A stretch of DNA of 64,000 bases from Verrucomicrobiia bacterium (GCA_035552155.1 DASZLX010000035.1:1381-65380); one strand, 5' to 3'; positions 53,342 to 63,883 are shown, numbered from the stretch's first letter. A program made the numbers and translations. The notes: generated by a model from the sequence alone, not told the origin.

Positions 53342-53908
53342 ATGAGACAACTGTTGTTACTCGCCGCCATGATGAGCGTATTTCCCCTGGCGCGAGCTGC
53401 GGCAGGCGAGACTCTCGCCACCAACACCATCCCGGTGGACAATCACGGCACTTTGGAAATCTCATGCCCAACAGATTGGTCACTCATTCGCACAAATCTC
53501 AACCTGCCCGGCAAGCCGGTTTCCGTGGAATTGCATTCTCTGAGCAATACAGTCATCGTGCGGCTGACCATTTTTTGGAACGGGTTTGGCAATGAAAAGG
53601 TGAAACCCACGGAAGACGATATGGAACAAAGCGTCAGCAATCTCGCCTCGCGCCGCTACCTTCCCCTCTCAGTCGAAAAAACCTTCACCCTGGAAAAATT
53701 GCAGGGACCAGCGGTGACCGGGCCATTCATCCGTTTTACCGACGCGGGATGGACGCCCGTCATGACCGATGAATATCAGAACGTGGCCACCGGCATGTTT
53801 CGCAGCGGCAACCTGTGGGGGAATTTCGACGTTCTGACCAACGACAAAGATGGCCCGAACTTCAAACAAGGACTCAAAGTAGTCGAGTCCATCCGCGGCA
53901 AACCCTGA
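53342..53908 (+). CDS. Hypothetical secreted protein
   Basis: 188 aa with a signal peptide (LLLLAAMMSVFPLARAAAG). It ends 2 nt before kdsB. I recognise no motif. Confidence 0.6.
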   Translation: MRQLLLLAAMMSVFPLARAAAGETLATNTIPVDNHGTLEISCPTDWSLIRTNLNLPGKPVSVELHSLSNTVIVRLTIFWNGFGNEKVKPTEDDMEQSVSNLASRRYLPLSVEKTFTLEKLQGPAVTGPFIRFTDAGWTPVMTDEYQNVATGMFRSGNLWGNFDVLTNDKDGPNFKQGLKVVESIRGKP

Positions 53909-53910
53909 CC

Positions 53911-54648
53911 ATGCGCACCCTCGGCATCATTCCCGCCCGCTACGCCTCCACGCGATTTCCCGGCAAACCGCTCGCGCTCATCGCGGGCCAGCCACTGATC
54001 CAGCGCGTGGTCGAGCGTTGCCGCCAGGCGCAGTCCCTCAGCGAAGTCATCGTGGCCACGGATGACGCGCGCATCGCCGACGTCGCCTGCGGATTTTGCC
54101 GCGTGGAAATGACGCGCGCGGATCATCCGAGCGGCTCGGACCGCATCGCGGAAGTCGCCTCTCGCTGCGATTGCGATGCCATCGTGAATATCCAGGGCGA
54201 TGAACCGTTGATTGACCCCTCCGTGATCGACGCCGTGGCCGGCGCGCTCGCGCAGGCGGAAATCTCCACCGCGGCCACGCCCATCCGCACACCGGCTGAT
54301 TACGATAATCCGAACGTCGTAAAAGTCGTTGTCAACGCGGCAGGGCGGGCGTTATATTTTTCCCGGCGCACGATTCCGTATTTGCGCGAAGCCGCCAGTC
54401 GTTCGGTGAACGAACAGTTGGCGGCGTTTCCTTTTTTGAAACACCTGGGCATTTATGGATACCGGCGTGAGACGTTGTTGCGGCTGGTGCAATTCCCAAT
54501 GTCGCCGTTGGAACAGGCGGAAAAACTGGAGCAATTGCGCGCGCTCGAAAACGGACTCCAAATCGCCGTGGTGAAGGTGGATTACGACAGCATGGGCGTG
54601 GACGTGCCCGAGGACGTGGCGCGGGTGGAAAAACTGTTGGAAAGTTAA
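53911..54648 (+). CDS. kdsB: 3-deoxy-manno-octulosonate cytidylyltransferase (CMP-KDO synthetase)
   Basis: Motifs MRTLGIIPARYASTRFPGKPL, ATDD..I, SG(S/T)DR, VNIQGDEPL and IYGYR. The start is at ATG 53911. Confidence 0.92.
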   Translation: MRTLGIIPARYASTRFPGKPLALIAGQPLIQRVVERCRQAQSLSEVIVATDDARIADVACGFCRVEMTRADHPSGSDRIAEVASRCDCDAIVNIQGDEPLIDPSVIDAVAGALAQAEISTAATPIRTPADYDNPNVVKVVVNAAGRALYFSRRTIPYLREAASRSVNEQLAAFPFLKHLGIYGYRRETLLRLVQFPMSPLEQAEKLEQLRALENGLQIAVVKVDYDSMGVDVPEDVARVEKLLES

Positions 54649-54729
54649 ATTGGTTAAACAGTTAAATAGGCGGCGGCAGTCCAGTCCTCATTTAACATTT
54701 TAACTTATTTAACGAGTCCCTTATTTAAC
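54644..54729. promoter_or_regulatory. AT-rich GTTAAA/TTTAAC motif array upstream of pyrG
   Basis: Three GTTAAA copies at 54644-49, 54653-58 and 54661-66. Four copies of the reverse complement TTTAAC at 54691-96, 54699-704, 54708-13 and 54724-29. The array ends 10 nt before the pyrG ATG. Confidence 0.5.
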
Positions 54730-54739
54730 GGCGCAAAGC

Positions 54740-56353
54740 ATGAAATACATTTTTGTAACCGGCGGTGTGGTGAGTTCACTCGGCAAGGGCCTGACCGCGG
54801 CCGCTCTCGGCACCCTGCTCGAAAATCGCGGCCTTAAGGTCGTGCTGCAAAAGTTCGACCCCTACCTCAACGTCGACCCGGGCACCATGAACCCCTACCA
54901 GCACGGCGAAGTCTACGTGCTCGATGACGGCGCCGAAACCGACCTCGACCTCGGCCATTACGAGCGGTTCACCAACGTCAAACTCACGCGCCTGAACAAC
55001 CTGACCAGCGGCCAGGTTTACCAGACCGTCCTCAACAACGAGCGCGAGGGCAAATATCTCGGCAAAACCGTGCAGGTCATTCCCCACGTCACCGACGAGA
55101 TCCAAAACCGCATCCATGTCCTTGGCGAGCATACCAAGGCGGACGTCATCATCACTGAGATCGGGGGCACGACCGGCGACATCGAGGGATTGCCATTCGT
55201 GGAAGCCATCCGCGAGTTTGCTTTGGAAGCCGGGCACGGCAACGTCATTTTCATCCACGTCACCTACGTTCCTTTCATCAAGGCCGCGGGCGAATTGAAG
55301 ACCAAGCCCACCCAGCAGTCCGTCGCCAAGCTCCGCGAAATCGGCATCGCCCCGCACGTGCTGGTTTGCCGCAGCGAATTTCCGCTCGACAAGGAAGTGC
55401 GCCAGAAAATTTCCATGTTTTGCAACGTCCCCTACGAGGCCGTCATCGAGGAAAAGGACGTTGACCACAGCATTTACGAAGTGCCCCTGATGCTGCAGCG
55501 CGAGCACATGGATGAACTCGTGTGCCAGTTATTGCGCCTGGAGACCGGCCCGGCCAACATGACCCACTGGCAGGAAATCATCCGCAAATTAATCGCCCCG
55601 CAGCATCGCGTGCGCATTGGTGTGGTTGGAAAATACATCGGCCTGCAGGACGCTTACAAATCGGTTTACGAGGCCATCATCCACGGCGGCATCGCGAACG
55701 ATTGCGGCGTCGAAATCCAGCGCGTGGACTCGGAGGAAATCGAGCGCGACGGCGCGGAAAAACATTTGAAGGGCCTCGGCGGCGTCGTTGTGCCGGGCGG
55801 CTTCGGCGAACGCGGCATCGAAGGCAAAATCATGGCGGCGCAATACGCGCGCGAAAACAACATCCCCTACCTCGGCCTGTGCCTCGGAATGCAAATCGCC
55901 ACCATCGAATTCGCGCGCAATGTCTTGAAACTTCCGAAAGCGCACTCGACCGAGTTCGATCCCAACACGCCGCATCCCGTGATTGCGATGCTCGATGACC
56001 AAACCCGCGTGACCAAGAAAGGCGGCACCATGCGCCTGGGCGCGCAGCCCTGCCAGCTCGTCATGGGTACCAAAGCGCAGCAAATCTACGGCGCATTTGT
56101 AATCAAAGAGCGGCACCGCCACCGCTATGAATTCAACAACGCCTACCGCGAACGCTTCGAGAAAGCCGGCTTTGCGTTCGGCGGCATGACACCCGACGGC
56201 AAGCTCGTGGAAATGATTGAGCTACCCAAGCACCCGTTTTACATCGCCAGCCAGTTCCATCCCGAGTTCCAGAGCAAACCGCACCAGCCCCACCCGTTGT
56301 TCAAAGGCTTTATCGCGGCGGCCCACGCAAAGCTGCACCAGAAGCCGCTTTAA
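54740..56353 (+). CDS. pyrG: CTP synthase
   Basis: [35 protein letters not shown], the GATase domain with GLCLGMQ, and HRHRYE. Confidence 0.97.
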   Translation: MKYIFVTGGVVSSLGKGLTAAALGTLLENRGLKVVLQKFDPYLNVDPGTMNPYQHGEVYVLDDGAETDLDLGHYERFTNVKLTRLNNLTSGQVYQTVLNNEREGKYLGKTVQVIPHVTDEIQNRIHVLGEHTKADVIITEIGGTTGDIEGLPFVEAIREFALEAGHGNVIFIHVTYVPFIKAAGELKTKPTQQSVAKLREIGIAPHVLVCRSEFPLDKEVRQKISMFCNVPYEAVIEEKDVDHSIYEVPLMLQREHMDELVCQLLRLETGPANMTHWQEIIRKLIAPQHRVRIGVVGKYIGLQDAYKSVYEAIIHGGIANDCGVEIQRVDSEEIERDGAEKHLKGLGGVVVPGGFGERGIEGKIMAAQYARENNIPYLGLCLGMQIATIEFARNVLKLPKAHSTEFDPNTPHPVIAMLDDQTRVTKKGGTMRLGAQPCQLVMGTKAQQIYGAFVIKERHRHRYEFNNAYRERFEKAGFAFGGMTPDGKLVEMIELPKHPFYIASQFHPEFQSKPHQPHPLFKGFIAAAHAKLHQKPL

Positions 56354-56355
56354 AT

Positions 56356-56883
56356 GTGACTACATTCCAAATCGTGAATGAAATCGCGGGCCGTGGGAAC
56401 CTGCCTTTTCTTGTCATCGGAGGACATGCGGTTAATGCCTATGGCTATTCACGTTTCACGCGGGATATCGATATACTGATCGACCAGGGTCGTAAATCCA
56501 GTTGGCTGTCCGGATTGGAGCCAAAGGGTTTTAAACTTTATCATGATGGCGGTGCATTTTTGCAGATGACTCCACCTCCAAATTGCGACCCTTTGGATTT
56601 GATGTTGGTGAATACGACTACCTTTGCAAATCTAAGCGAAGCAGCTCGGACGCTGGAAATCAGCGGACTGAGCATGAGGGTGCCGGCCCTCGATAATCTC
56701 TTCGCCCTGAAATTGCACGTGTTGCAACAGGAGATCCCGCACCGCGGTTACAAGGACTTTATGGACATCCTCGCCCTGGCCGATTGCAATGCTGTGGATT
56801 TGCGCAGTGACAAAATTCGGGATTTATGCGAGAAGTTTGGGAACAGGAAAATCTATGAGCGACTCCTTGCCTTCAAAGGATGA
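56356..56883 (+). CDS. Hypothetical protein with a nucleotidyltransferase-fold-like N-terminus
   Basis: 175 aa with a GTG start 2 nt after the pyrG stop. LVIGGHAVNAYGYSRFTRDIDILI resembles the GG/GS...D.D signature of Pol-beta-superfamily nucleotidyltransferases. The family is not identified. Confidence 0.5.
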   Translation: MTTFQIVNEIAGRGNLPFLVIGGHAVNAYGYSRFTRDIDILIDQGRKSSWLSGLEPKGFKLYHDGGAFLQMTPPPNCDPLDLMLVNTTTFANLSEAARTLEISGLSMRVPALDNLFALKLHVLQQEIPHRGYKDFMDILALADCNAVDLRSDKIRDLCEKFGNRKIYERLLAFKG

Positions 56884-57082
56884 ATTGCGCGAAGCTGCGG
56901 TTGCATACCACTCCACCAGCCATTTCGAGCTTCCTTCGAGCGGCTCAAATTTCTCTTCGCCGGTGCTAAACCCGACAGAATACGTACTATGGTGCGAAGA
57001 AATGCGCCGGGCGCTGAACTTGCCGCCCGATGAGCCCGCCCATCGCCTGGCACTGAAGACGTCGAAGGAATTTATCTTGTAG
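56855..57082 (+). CDS. Small hypothetical ORF overlapping the 3' end of the preceding gene
   Basis: 75 aa from ATG 56855 (MSDSLPSKDELREAAVAYH...). It overlaps the upstream gene by 29 nt in another frame. There is no motif support. Confidence 0.3.
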   Translation: MSDSLPSKDELREAAVAYHSTSHFELPSSGSNFSSPVLNPTEYVLWCEEMRRALNLPPDEPAHRLALKTSKEFIL

Positions 57083-57116
57083 ATCACGGTCGGGAATTTT
57101 CCTTCCAAAGATCACA

Positions 57117-58400
57117 GTGACCTACGCCGAAGCCATCCAATTTCTCTACCATTTGCACCTGTTCGGCGCAAATTTCGGTTTGGAAAACTCCCTCAAACTC
57201 GCCGGGCTCGCCGGTAATCCTCAAAACCAACTTCGCTTCATCCACGTCGCCGGCACGAACGGCAAAGGCTCAACCTGCGCCATGCTGGAAAGCATTTATC
57301 GCGCAAGCGGCTTGCGCGTGGGCCTGTTCACCTCGCCGCACCTGGTTTCCTTCCGCGAACGCATCCAGGTCAACCGGCGCTTCATCAGCCAGGCGGACGT
57401 GGTGCGGCTCGTGGAGGAATTAAAACCGCTGCTGGACCAGTTTCCGGGCGATCATCCCCCGACCTTTTTCGAAGCGGTGACCATCATGGCCCTGCGCCAT
57501 TTTGCCGATCAAAAATGCGACCTGGTGATTTGGGAAACGGGCCTCGGCGGGCGGCTCGACGCGACGAACATCGTCACGCCCCTCGCCAGCGTCATTACCA
57601 ACATCGGCATTGAGCACTCCGAATGGCTCGGCGACACCGTCGAAAAAATTGCCGCGGAAAAAGCCGGCATTATCAAACCCGGCGTGCCGGTCGTGACCGC
57701 CGCCGCATCCGGCCACGGCCTCGAGGTCATTGAAGCAACCGCGCAAGCGAAGCATTCGCCATTTACGATGGTCGGCGCGGCGCATGCGAATTTGCCTCCG
57801 CTGGATTCCCTGGAACTTCCCTTGCACGGCCCGCATCAACGGCTCAATGCCGCCCTGGCCCTCGCCACCGTGCGCACGCTCTCAAAGCAATTTCCCGTGA
57901 GCGATGCCGCATTGCGCGACGGATTGAGAACCGTGGACTGGCCTGGTCGAATGCATCGCGTCCAAACCGTTTCCGGCCAAACCATCCTGCTCGATGGCGC
58001 GCACAATGCCGACGGTGCCGAAGCGCTGCGCGTCGCCTTGCAGCAGGAGTTCTCCGGTTCCCGACCCGCCATGATCTTTGGCGTTTTTCGCGACAAGGAT
58101 TCCACCCGCATGTGCCATTCGCTCGCCCCGCTGGCCGGCCGCATCCTGCTCACACGGGTGCAAAGTGAACGAAGTGAGGATCCCTCGAAACTCGTGGCCG
58201 CCTGCCGGGAATCCAATCCGAACGCGGCAATTGACGTCTGCCGCTCGCTCAGCGAGGCACTGGAAAAAGTCTCATCCGTTCCGTTCGTCGTCATCGCCGG
58301 CTCCCTTTACCTGGTCGGCGAAGCCATGGAATTGCTTCACTTGGCAGACGGTTCCGAAAGTGATGAAAAGGAACTGAACGAATGGCTCCCCAAACGCTGA
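57117..58400 (+). CDS. folC: Bifunctional folylpolyglutamate synthase / dihydrofolate synthase
   Basis: P-loop HVAGTNGKGS, FEAVT, ETGLGGRLDATN and DGAHN. The start is GTG. Confidence 0.9.
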   Translation: MTYAEAIQFLYHLHLFGANFGLENSLKLAGLAGNPQNQLRFIHVAGTNGKGSTCAMLESIYRASGLRVGLFTSPHLVSFRERIQVNRRFISQADVVRLVEELKPLLDQFPGDHPPTFFEAVTIMALRHFADQKCDLVIWETGLGGRLDATNIVTPLASVITNIGIEHSEWLGDTVEKIAAEKAGIIKPGVPVVTAAASGHGLEVIEATAQAKHSPFTMVGAAHANLPPLDSLELPLHGPHQRLNAALALATVRTLSKQFPVSDAALRDGLRTVDWPGRMHRVQTVSGQTILLDGAHNADGAEALRVALQQEFSGSRPAMIFGVFRDKDSTRMCHSLAPLAGRILLTRVQSERSEDPSKLVAACRESNPNAAIDVCRSLSEALEKVSSVPFVVIAGSLYLVGEAMELLHLADGSESDEKELNEWLPKR

Positions 58401-58410
58401 TCGATCTCGC

Positions 58411-59088
58411 ATGCAAATCAAAGCCATCACCTTTGACGTCGGCGGCACACTCATCGAACCGTGGCCTTCGGTCGGGCACGTGTACGCGGAGGTTGCGGCC
58501 CGTCGCGGATTGAAAATATTTTCCGCCGAACAACTCAATGCCCGTTTCAAAGCGGCCTGGGGAGCGCGCAAAAACTTCGATCATTCGCGCCAGGGCTGGG
58601 CCGAATTGGTGGACGAGGTTTTCACTCACCCCGCCATCCGGCTGCCCAGCGAGACCTTTTTCGACGAGTTATACGAGGCTTTTGCCCGGCCTGAAGCCTG
58701 GCACGTGTTTGCTGACGTGACGCCCACGCTCGAGGCGCTGACTGCTCGCGGCCTTCGCCTGGGCGTGATTTCCAACTGGGATGAGCGGCTTCGCCGGCTG
58801 CTGCGAACCTTGAAGCTGGATAATTATTTCGCGACTCTCACCATCTCCTGCGAAGTGGGTTTCCCTAAACCGTCGCGCGCCATCTTCCAACAGACGGCGG
58901 CCGCGCTGGACCTGCCTCCCGGCGCCATCCTGCACATCGGCGACAGTCCCGAAATGGATGTTGCCGGCGCAAAAGCGGCCGGTTTTCAAGCACTGCAAAT
59001 TCATCGCGGCGCTAATCCTGGCGACGGCAAATTGAACTCGCTGGCCGAGCTGCCGGCAAAAATCGAGCTCCTGACTCCGGGCGATTAG
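58411..59088 (+). CDS. HAD-superfamily hydrolase (subfamily IA)
   Basis: Motif I ITFDVGGTL, motif II ISN and motif IV HIGDSPEMDVAGAKAAG. Confidence 0.85.
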   Translation: MQIKAITFDVGGTLIEPWPSVGHVYAEVAARRGLKIFSAEQLNARFKAAWGARKNFDHSRQGWAELVDEVFTHPAIRLPSETFFDELYEAFARPEAWHVFADVTPTLEALTARGLRLGVISNWDERLRRLLRTLKLDNYFATLTISCEVGFPKPSRAIFQQTAAALDLPPGAILHIGDSPEMDVAGAKAAGFQALQIHRGANPGDGKLNSLAELPAKIELLTPGD

Positions 59089-59194
59089 CCCGGGTGACAG
59101 CTCTTGTTCTCCCGGCTAATACGTGCTTCTGATGCATTGACGCTGGGGGCCGGTCATCATTAGATTCTCCCGTGCACAGCCGCCGCAGCTCTCA

Positions 59195-59899
59195 ATGAAA
59201 GTCATTACGAACATCTTTAATTCGTCGCTCGGCAAGAAATACATCATGGCGGTCTCGGGCCTCGTGCTTTTTTTGTTCGTGGTGGCGCACATGGTGGGCA
59301 ACCTGCAATTTTTCCTCGGGCCGGAAGCCATCAATCGTTACGGGCACTTCCTGCAATCAAACGTCGAGCTGCTCTGGCCGGCGCGCATTTTTCTCCTCCT
59401 CATGATCGGGCTGCACATCTGGTCCGCCATCAAACTCTCCATTGAAAACAAGGCAGCCCGCCCCGTCCCCTACGCCAACTGGCATCCTACCGTCGCCAGT
59501 TACGCGTCGCGCACGATGCTCATGAGCGGCATCATCATTTTCGTTTTTATCATCTATCATCTTTTGCATTTCACGGTTCAGGTCCAAAACATCAACTTCA
59601 CCGGCCAAAATTTTGTGACGCTGGAAGACCCGCAGAAGCGTCACGATATTTTCAAAATGATGGTGCTCGGCTTCCACAATCCCTGGGTTTCCGGCTTTTA
59701 CATTCTCGGCATCGCGCTCCTGTGCCTGCACCTGAGCCATGGCGTGGGCGCCATGTTTCAATCGCTGGGCTGGAAGAACAAGGTTTACGGGCCTTTCCTG
59801 GAGACAGCGTCGCGCTGGGTCGCCTGGCTGATTTTTCTCGGTTACGTTTCGATTCCCATTTCGGTCCTGCTCGGTTACGGAAAGGAGGCGCTGAAGTAA
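59195..59899 (+). CDS. sdhC: Succinate dehydrogenase/fumarate reductase cytochrome b subunit (b558 family, 5 TM)
   Basis: 234 aa with five hydrophobic helices and conserved His residues ([28 protein letters not shown]). It lies immediately upstream of sdhA. Confidence 0.85.
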   Translation: MKVITNIFNSSLGKKYIMAVSGLVLFLFVVAHMVGNLQFFLGPEAINRYGHFLQSNVELLWPARIFLLLMIGLHIWSAIKLSIENKAARPVPYANWHPTVASYASRTMLMSGIIIFVFIIYHLLHFTVQVQNINFTGQNFVTLEDPQKRHDIFKMMVLGFHNPWVSGFYILGIALLCLHLSHGVGAMFQSLGWKNKVYGPFLETASRWVAWLIFLGYVSIPISVLLGYGKEALK

Positions 59900-59900
59900 C

Positions 59901-61817
59901 ATGCCGCTCGATTCCAAAATTCCCTCCGGCCCCATCGCGCAAAAGTGGGACAAACACAAATTCGATTTAAAGCTCGTCAACCCCGCCAACAAACGGAAGT
60001 TTGATGTCATCGTCGTCGGCAGCGGATTGGCCGGCGCTTCCGCCGCGGCCTCGCTCGCGGAACTCGGCTATAAGGTAAAATGCTTCTGTTTCCAGGATAG
60101 CCCCCGCCGCGCGCACAGCATCGCCGCCCAAGGCGGCATCAACGCCGCCAAGAATTACCCGAACGACGGCGACTCGGTCTACCGGCTTTTTTACGACACC
60201 ATCAAGGGCGGTGATTTCCGCTCGCGCGAAGCCAATGTCTATCGGCTCGCCCAGGTGAGCGTGAACATCATCGACCAATGCGTCGCGCAAGGCGTCCCGT
60301 TCGCGCGCGAATACGGCGGCCTGCTCGACAATCGCTCCTTCGGCGGCGCGCAAGTCTCCCGCACCTTTTACGCCCGCGGCCAGACCGGCCAGCAATTGCT
60401 GCTCGGCGCATACCAGGCGCTTTCCCGCCAAATCGGCCTGGGCAATGTGCAGATGTTTCCCCGCACCGAAATGCTCGATGTCGTGGTGGTGGATGGCCAG
60501 GCGAAGGGAATCGTCGTGCGCGACCTGATTACCGGCGAAATTTCCTCCCACGCCGGCGATGCCGTCGTGCTCGGGAGCGGCGGCTACGGGAATGTTTTCT
60601 TTCTTTCCACCAATGCCAAGGGCTGCAATATCACCGCGCCCTGGCGCGCCTACAAGAAAGGCGCTTTTTTTGCGAATCCCTGCTACACGCAAATTCATCC
60701 CACCTGCATTCCTGTCAGCGGCGAACATCAATCGAAGCTGACGTTGATGTCCGAGTCATTGCGCAACGACGGCCGGGTCTGGGTGCCGAAGCGCAAGGAA
60801 GATTGTTCCAAGCCGATCAACACCATCCCCGAAGCCGATCGCGATTATTTTCTCGAACGCAAATATCCCAGCTTCGGCAACCTCGCCCCCCGCGATGTTT
60901 CCTCCCGCGCAGCCAAGGAAGTGTGCGATGAAGGCCGCGGCGTCGGGCCGGGCGGCCTCGGAGTTTACCTCGATTTTGCGGACGCCATCAAACGCCTCGG
61001 CGAGGACAAAATCCGCGAGCGTTACGGCAACCTGTTCGACATGTACGAAAAAATCACCGGCGAAAATGCCTATCGCGTCCCGATGCGCATTTATCCGGCG
61101 GTGCATTACACCATGGGTGGCACATGGGTGGATTATAATTTGATGAGCACCCTGCCCGGCTTGTTCGTGGTGGGGGAAGCCAATTTTTCCGACCACGGCG
61201 CAAATCGCCTCGGAGCCAGCGCGCTGATGCAAGGCCTCGCCGACGGTTATTTCGTTCTGCCCTACACGATCGGGAATTATCTCGCCTCGACCAAGCCGGC
61301 CAGGGCTGCCACCAGCCGTCCGGAGTTCAAGCAGGCGGAGGAAAATGTTCGCGCCTTCACCAACAAACTGCTTTCCATCAATGGCAAGCGGACCGTGACC
61401 TCGTTGCATCGCGAATTGGGCAAATTGCTTTGGGAAAAATGCGGCATGGCGCGAAATGAAGCCGGCTTGAAGGAAGCGCTCCGCCGCATCCCCGAATTGC
61501 GCGAGGAATTCTGGAAAAATGTCAAAGTCACTGGCGAAAACGGCGGCTTAAACCAGAACCTTGAATACGCCGGCCGCGTCGCGGATTTCATGGAGTTCGC
61601 CGAGCTGCTTTGCCTCGATGCGCTGCATCGCAACGAATCGTGCGGCGGCCATTTACGGACCGAATTCCAGACCCCCGATGGCGAGGCCAAGCGCGATGAC
61701 GAGAACTTCTCCTACGTCGCCGCCTGGGAATACCAGGGACCCGACAAACCGCCGGCGTTGCACAAGGAGCCGCTGGTTTACGAGGAAGTGCATATGAGCA
61801 CGAGGAGCTATAAATGA
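59901..61817 (+). CDS. sdhA: Succinate dehydrogenase/fumarate reductase flavoprotein subunit
   Basis: FAD motif [12 protein letters not shown], the covalent-FAD His region [20 protein letters not shown] and GANRLG. Confidence 0.95.
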   Translation: MPLDSKIPSGPIAQKWDKHKFDLKLVNPANKRKFDVIVVGSGLAGASAAASLAELGYKVKCFCFQDSPRRAHSIAAQGGINAAKNYPNDGDSVYRLFYDTIKGGDFRSREANVYRLAQVSVNIIDQCVAQGVPFAREYGGLLDNRSFGGAQVSRTFYARGQTGQQLLLGAYQALSRQIGLGNVQMFPRTEMLDVVVVDGQAKGIVVRDLITGEISSHAGDAVVLGSGGYGNVFFLSTNAKGCNITAPWRAYKKGAFFANPCYTQIHPTCIPVSGEHQSKLTLMSESLRNDGRVWVPKRKEDCSKPINTIPEADRDYFLERKYPSFGNLAPRDVSSRAAKEVCDEGRGVGPGGLGVYLDFADAIKRLGEDKIRERYGNLFDMYEKITGENAYRVPMRIYPAVHYTMGGTWVDYNLMSTLPGLFVVGEANFSDHGANRLGASALMQGLADGYFVLPYTIGNYLASTKPARAATSRPEFKQAEENVRAFTNKLLSINGKRTVTSLHRELGKLLWEKCGMARNEAGLKEALRRIPELREEFWKNVKVTGENGGLNQNLEYAGRVADFMEFAELLCLDALHRNESCGGHLRTEFQTPDGEAKRDDENFSYVAAWEYQGPDKPPALHKEPLVYEEVHMSTRSYK

Positions 61818-62560
61818 ATTTGACCCTCAAAGTCTGGCGGCAGAAAGACACGGGCACAGCCGGCCGCTTCGAAACCTACGAAGCGAAAGATGTCCTGCCC
61901 GATATGTCCTTCCTCGAAATGCTCGATGTGGTGAACGAAGGCCTGATCGAGCGCGGCGAAGAGCCGATTGCTTTTGATTCCGATTGCCGCGAAGGGATTT
62001 GCGGCGCGTGCTCACTCGTCATCAACGGCATTCCGCACGGCGGCCACCGCGGCACCGCCACCTGCCAGCTTCACATGCGGCGTTTCACGGACGGGGAAAC
62101 CATCACCATCGAGCCCTGGCGCGCGAAGGCGTTCTCCCTGGTCAAAGACCTGGTCGTCAACCGCAGCGCATTCGATCGGATCATCCAATCCGGCGGTTTT
62201 GTTTCCGTGAACACCGGCGGCACGCCCGATGGCAATACCATCCTGATTCCCAAAACGGACTCCGACCTGGCGATGGACGCCGCCGCCTGCATCGGCTGTG
62301 GCGCGTGTGTCGCCGCGTGCAAAAACGCCTCCGCGATGCTCTTCGTGGCGGCAAAAGTGTCTCATCTCAACCTCCTGCCCCAAGGCAAAGCCGAAAAGGA
62401 CCGCCGCGCGCTCAACATGGTGAAACAGATGGACGCCGAAGGTTTTGGGAATTGCACCGTCACCGGCTCATGCGAAGCGGTCTGCCCGAAGGAAATCAGC
62501 CTGAATTTCATCGCCAAGATGAATCGCGATTACGCCGTTGCAAGCATCAAGGGAAAGTAG
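61814..62560 (+). CDS. sdhB: Succinate dehydrogenase/fumarate reductase iron-sulfur subunit
   Basis: Cys clusters [20 protein letters not shown] and [12 protein letters not shown]. The start overlaps the sdhA stop (ATGA). Confidence 0.95.
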   Translation: MNLTLKVWRQKDTGTAGRFETYEAKDVLPDMSFLEMLDVVNEGLIERGEEPIAFDSDCREGICGACSLVINGIPHGGHRGTATCQLHMRRFTDGETITIEPWRAKAFSLVKDLVVNRSAFDRIIQSGGFVSVNTGGTPDGNTILIPKTDSDLAMDAAACIGCGACVAACKNASAMLFVAAKVSHLNLLPQGKAEKDRRALNMVKQMDAEGFGNCTVTGSCEAVCPKEISLNFIAKMNRDYAVASIKGK

Positions 62561-62575
62561 ACCAACGGAGCAGTG

Positions 62576-62715
62576 GGAGCGCGGCATTTATGCCGCTTCA
62601 ACGCGGGAGGTTTTGAATCTTTCGAAATTCAGGCGCACTCCAACGGAATGACGAGGTGCTGGAAAATTCCGTGCGGAGAGTCTCACGCGGGAGTGAAGCG
62701 GCATGAATGCGCTCC
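62576..62715. repeat. 140-nt element bounded by inverted family-C REP-like repeats
   Basis: Left arm GGAGCGCGGCATTTATGCCGCTTCAACGCGGG (62576-62607). The right arm at 62686-62715 is the reverse complement of GGAGCGCATTCATGCCGCTTCACTCCCGCG. The arms match at the GGAGCGC prefix and across ATGCCGCTTCA, with a one-base length difference and several mismatches elsewhere. About 78 nt lie between the arms. Confidence 0.65.
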
Positions 62716-62823
62716 GGACCCTCTTGCACGTCTCGGAACGACTGTTCCATACCAGTCGTCGTCAACCAATCCTTCTCCGTCAGCACCCAATCTTCCATCG
62801 TTAGCGGATGCTCGAGTAATTTG

Positions 62824-63414
62824 TTACACTATCCTCTTCGCATACACCCTATAAACAATCCGCTCGCCAATAAATAATCCGCTTGCCCATGCAGTGTGAA
62901 ACCAGAACAACATAACTCCTTGGCGATCAGTACTCGGCAGCGAAAAGCATGAACCCAGCCAAAATAACGCCGCCCAAATCCAACTGACTCGAATTGGCTG
63001 AAGTGTGTCAGTCCACCAACCGAGCGGCGCTCTGTTCAACGACGGTTTACTAAATTTCTCAACACCACGGCTGCGGCTATAAGCCATGGCTCCGAGAGGA
63101 ACCAGGCTCAGCGTTATAAAAGTTAGCGTGACAAAAATCCAATCGGCGTTTGTGTGTGCTGTGAACTTCGGCAAAAGACTGCGATAGCCACCAATGACGC
63201 TATAAACAGCGCCAGCCAAATAGATGAATGGCCAAATTTTAATCATGGTCTGGTTGCCTAAAGATGTGTTTAACCAGTCCGGGCCGATAATGCCAACCGC
63301 GAAAGCGGAGCTGAGTGTGTCAACCAGCGTTAGGCTCCTGGGAGAAGTTTGGCCCCGGATCAACTCCGAATCACGCCCCTCACAATCGGCTGGGCGAAAC
63401 GCCGACCGCGACAA
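62824..63414 (-). CDS. Hypothetical integral membrane protein
   Basis: The ORF has four hydrophobic helices. The start is uncertain: 63414 would overlap the upstream gene by 35 nt, and the alternative ATG 63246 (MIKIWPFIYLAG) gives 141 aa. Confidence 0.5.
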   Translation of the reverse strand: MSRSAFRPADCEGRDSELIRGQTSPRSLTLVDTLSSAFAVGIIGPDWLNTSLGNQTMIKIWPFIYLAGAVYSVIGGYRSLLPKFTAHTNADWIFVTLTFITLSLVPLGAMAYSRSRGVEKFSKPSLNRAPLGWWTDTLQPIRVSWIWAALFWLGSCFSLPSTDRQGVMLFWFHTAWASGLFIGERIVYRVYAKRIV

Positions 63415-63748
63415 TACTGCACGCCTGCACCACGTTCAGCCCCAGTCGCTGCGCCTCTGCCAGCACATCATCGGATTCAGTGCCCGGATTCAGCCACAGT
63501 TCGTCGCAACCCTTCGCCGCAAAATCGGGCAACAACTTCAAAACCACCGGCGGCGGCACATAAACACTGATCATTTGCGGCCGGACCGGCACATCGCGAA
63601 TGCTTTTGAACACCGTCAACCCTTCAATCTGCGTCTCGGTGGGATGAACTGGGTAAACCGTGAAGCCCTGTTGCCGAAAAGCACGAACCGCCTTGTTGCC
63701 GAATTTATTCCGGTCATTGGACGCCCCAATAATCGCGACAGTTTTCAT
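63380..63748 (-). CDS. CoA-binding domain protein
   Basis: MKTVAIIGASNDRNKFGNKAVRAFRQQGFTVYPVHP and the V.DVP...D.V.VYVPP pattern. The start is at ATG 63748. Confidence 0.85.
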   Translation of the reverse strand: MKTVAIIGASNDRNKFGNKAVRAFRQQGFTVYPVHPTETQIEGLTVFKSIRDVPVRPQMISVYVPPPVVLKLLPDFAAKGCDELWLNPGTESDDVLAEAQRLGLNVVQACSIVAVGVSPSRL

Positions 63749-63808
63749 ATCGTTCTTAGTTACCTCAGCCCGTAGCTTCTGTCCAATGCCGCATGGTCCA
63801 GAGAAAGA

Positions 63809-63883
63809 TGGTGCGCGATACAGGGTTCGAACCTGTGACCCCTTCCGTGTCAAGGAAGTGCTCTACCACTGAGCTAACCGCGC
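63809..63883 (-). tRNA. tRNA-Val (anticodon GAC), CCA encoded
   Basis: The reverse complement GCGCGGTTAGCTCAGTGGTAGAGCACTTCCTTGACACGGAAGGGGTCACAGGTTCGAACCCTGTATCGCGCACCA folds as a 75-nt cloverleaf. Anticodon stem CTTCC/GGAAG, loop TTGACAC. Confidence 0.9.
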
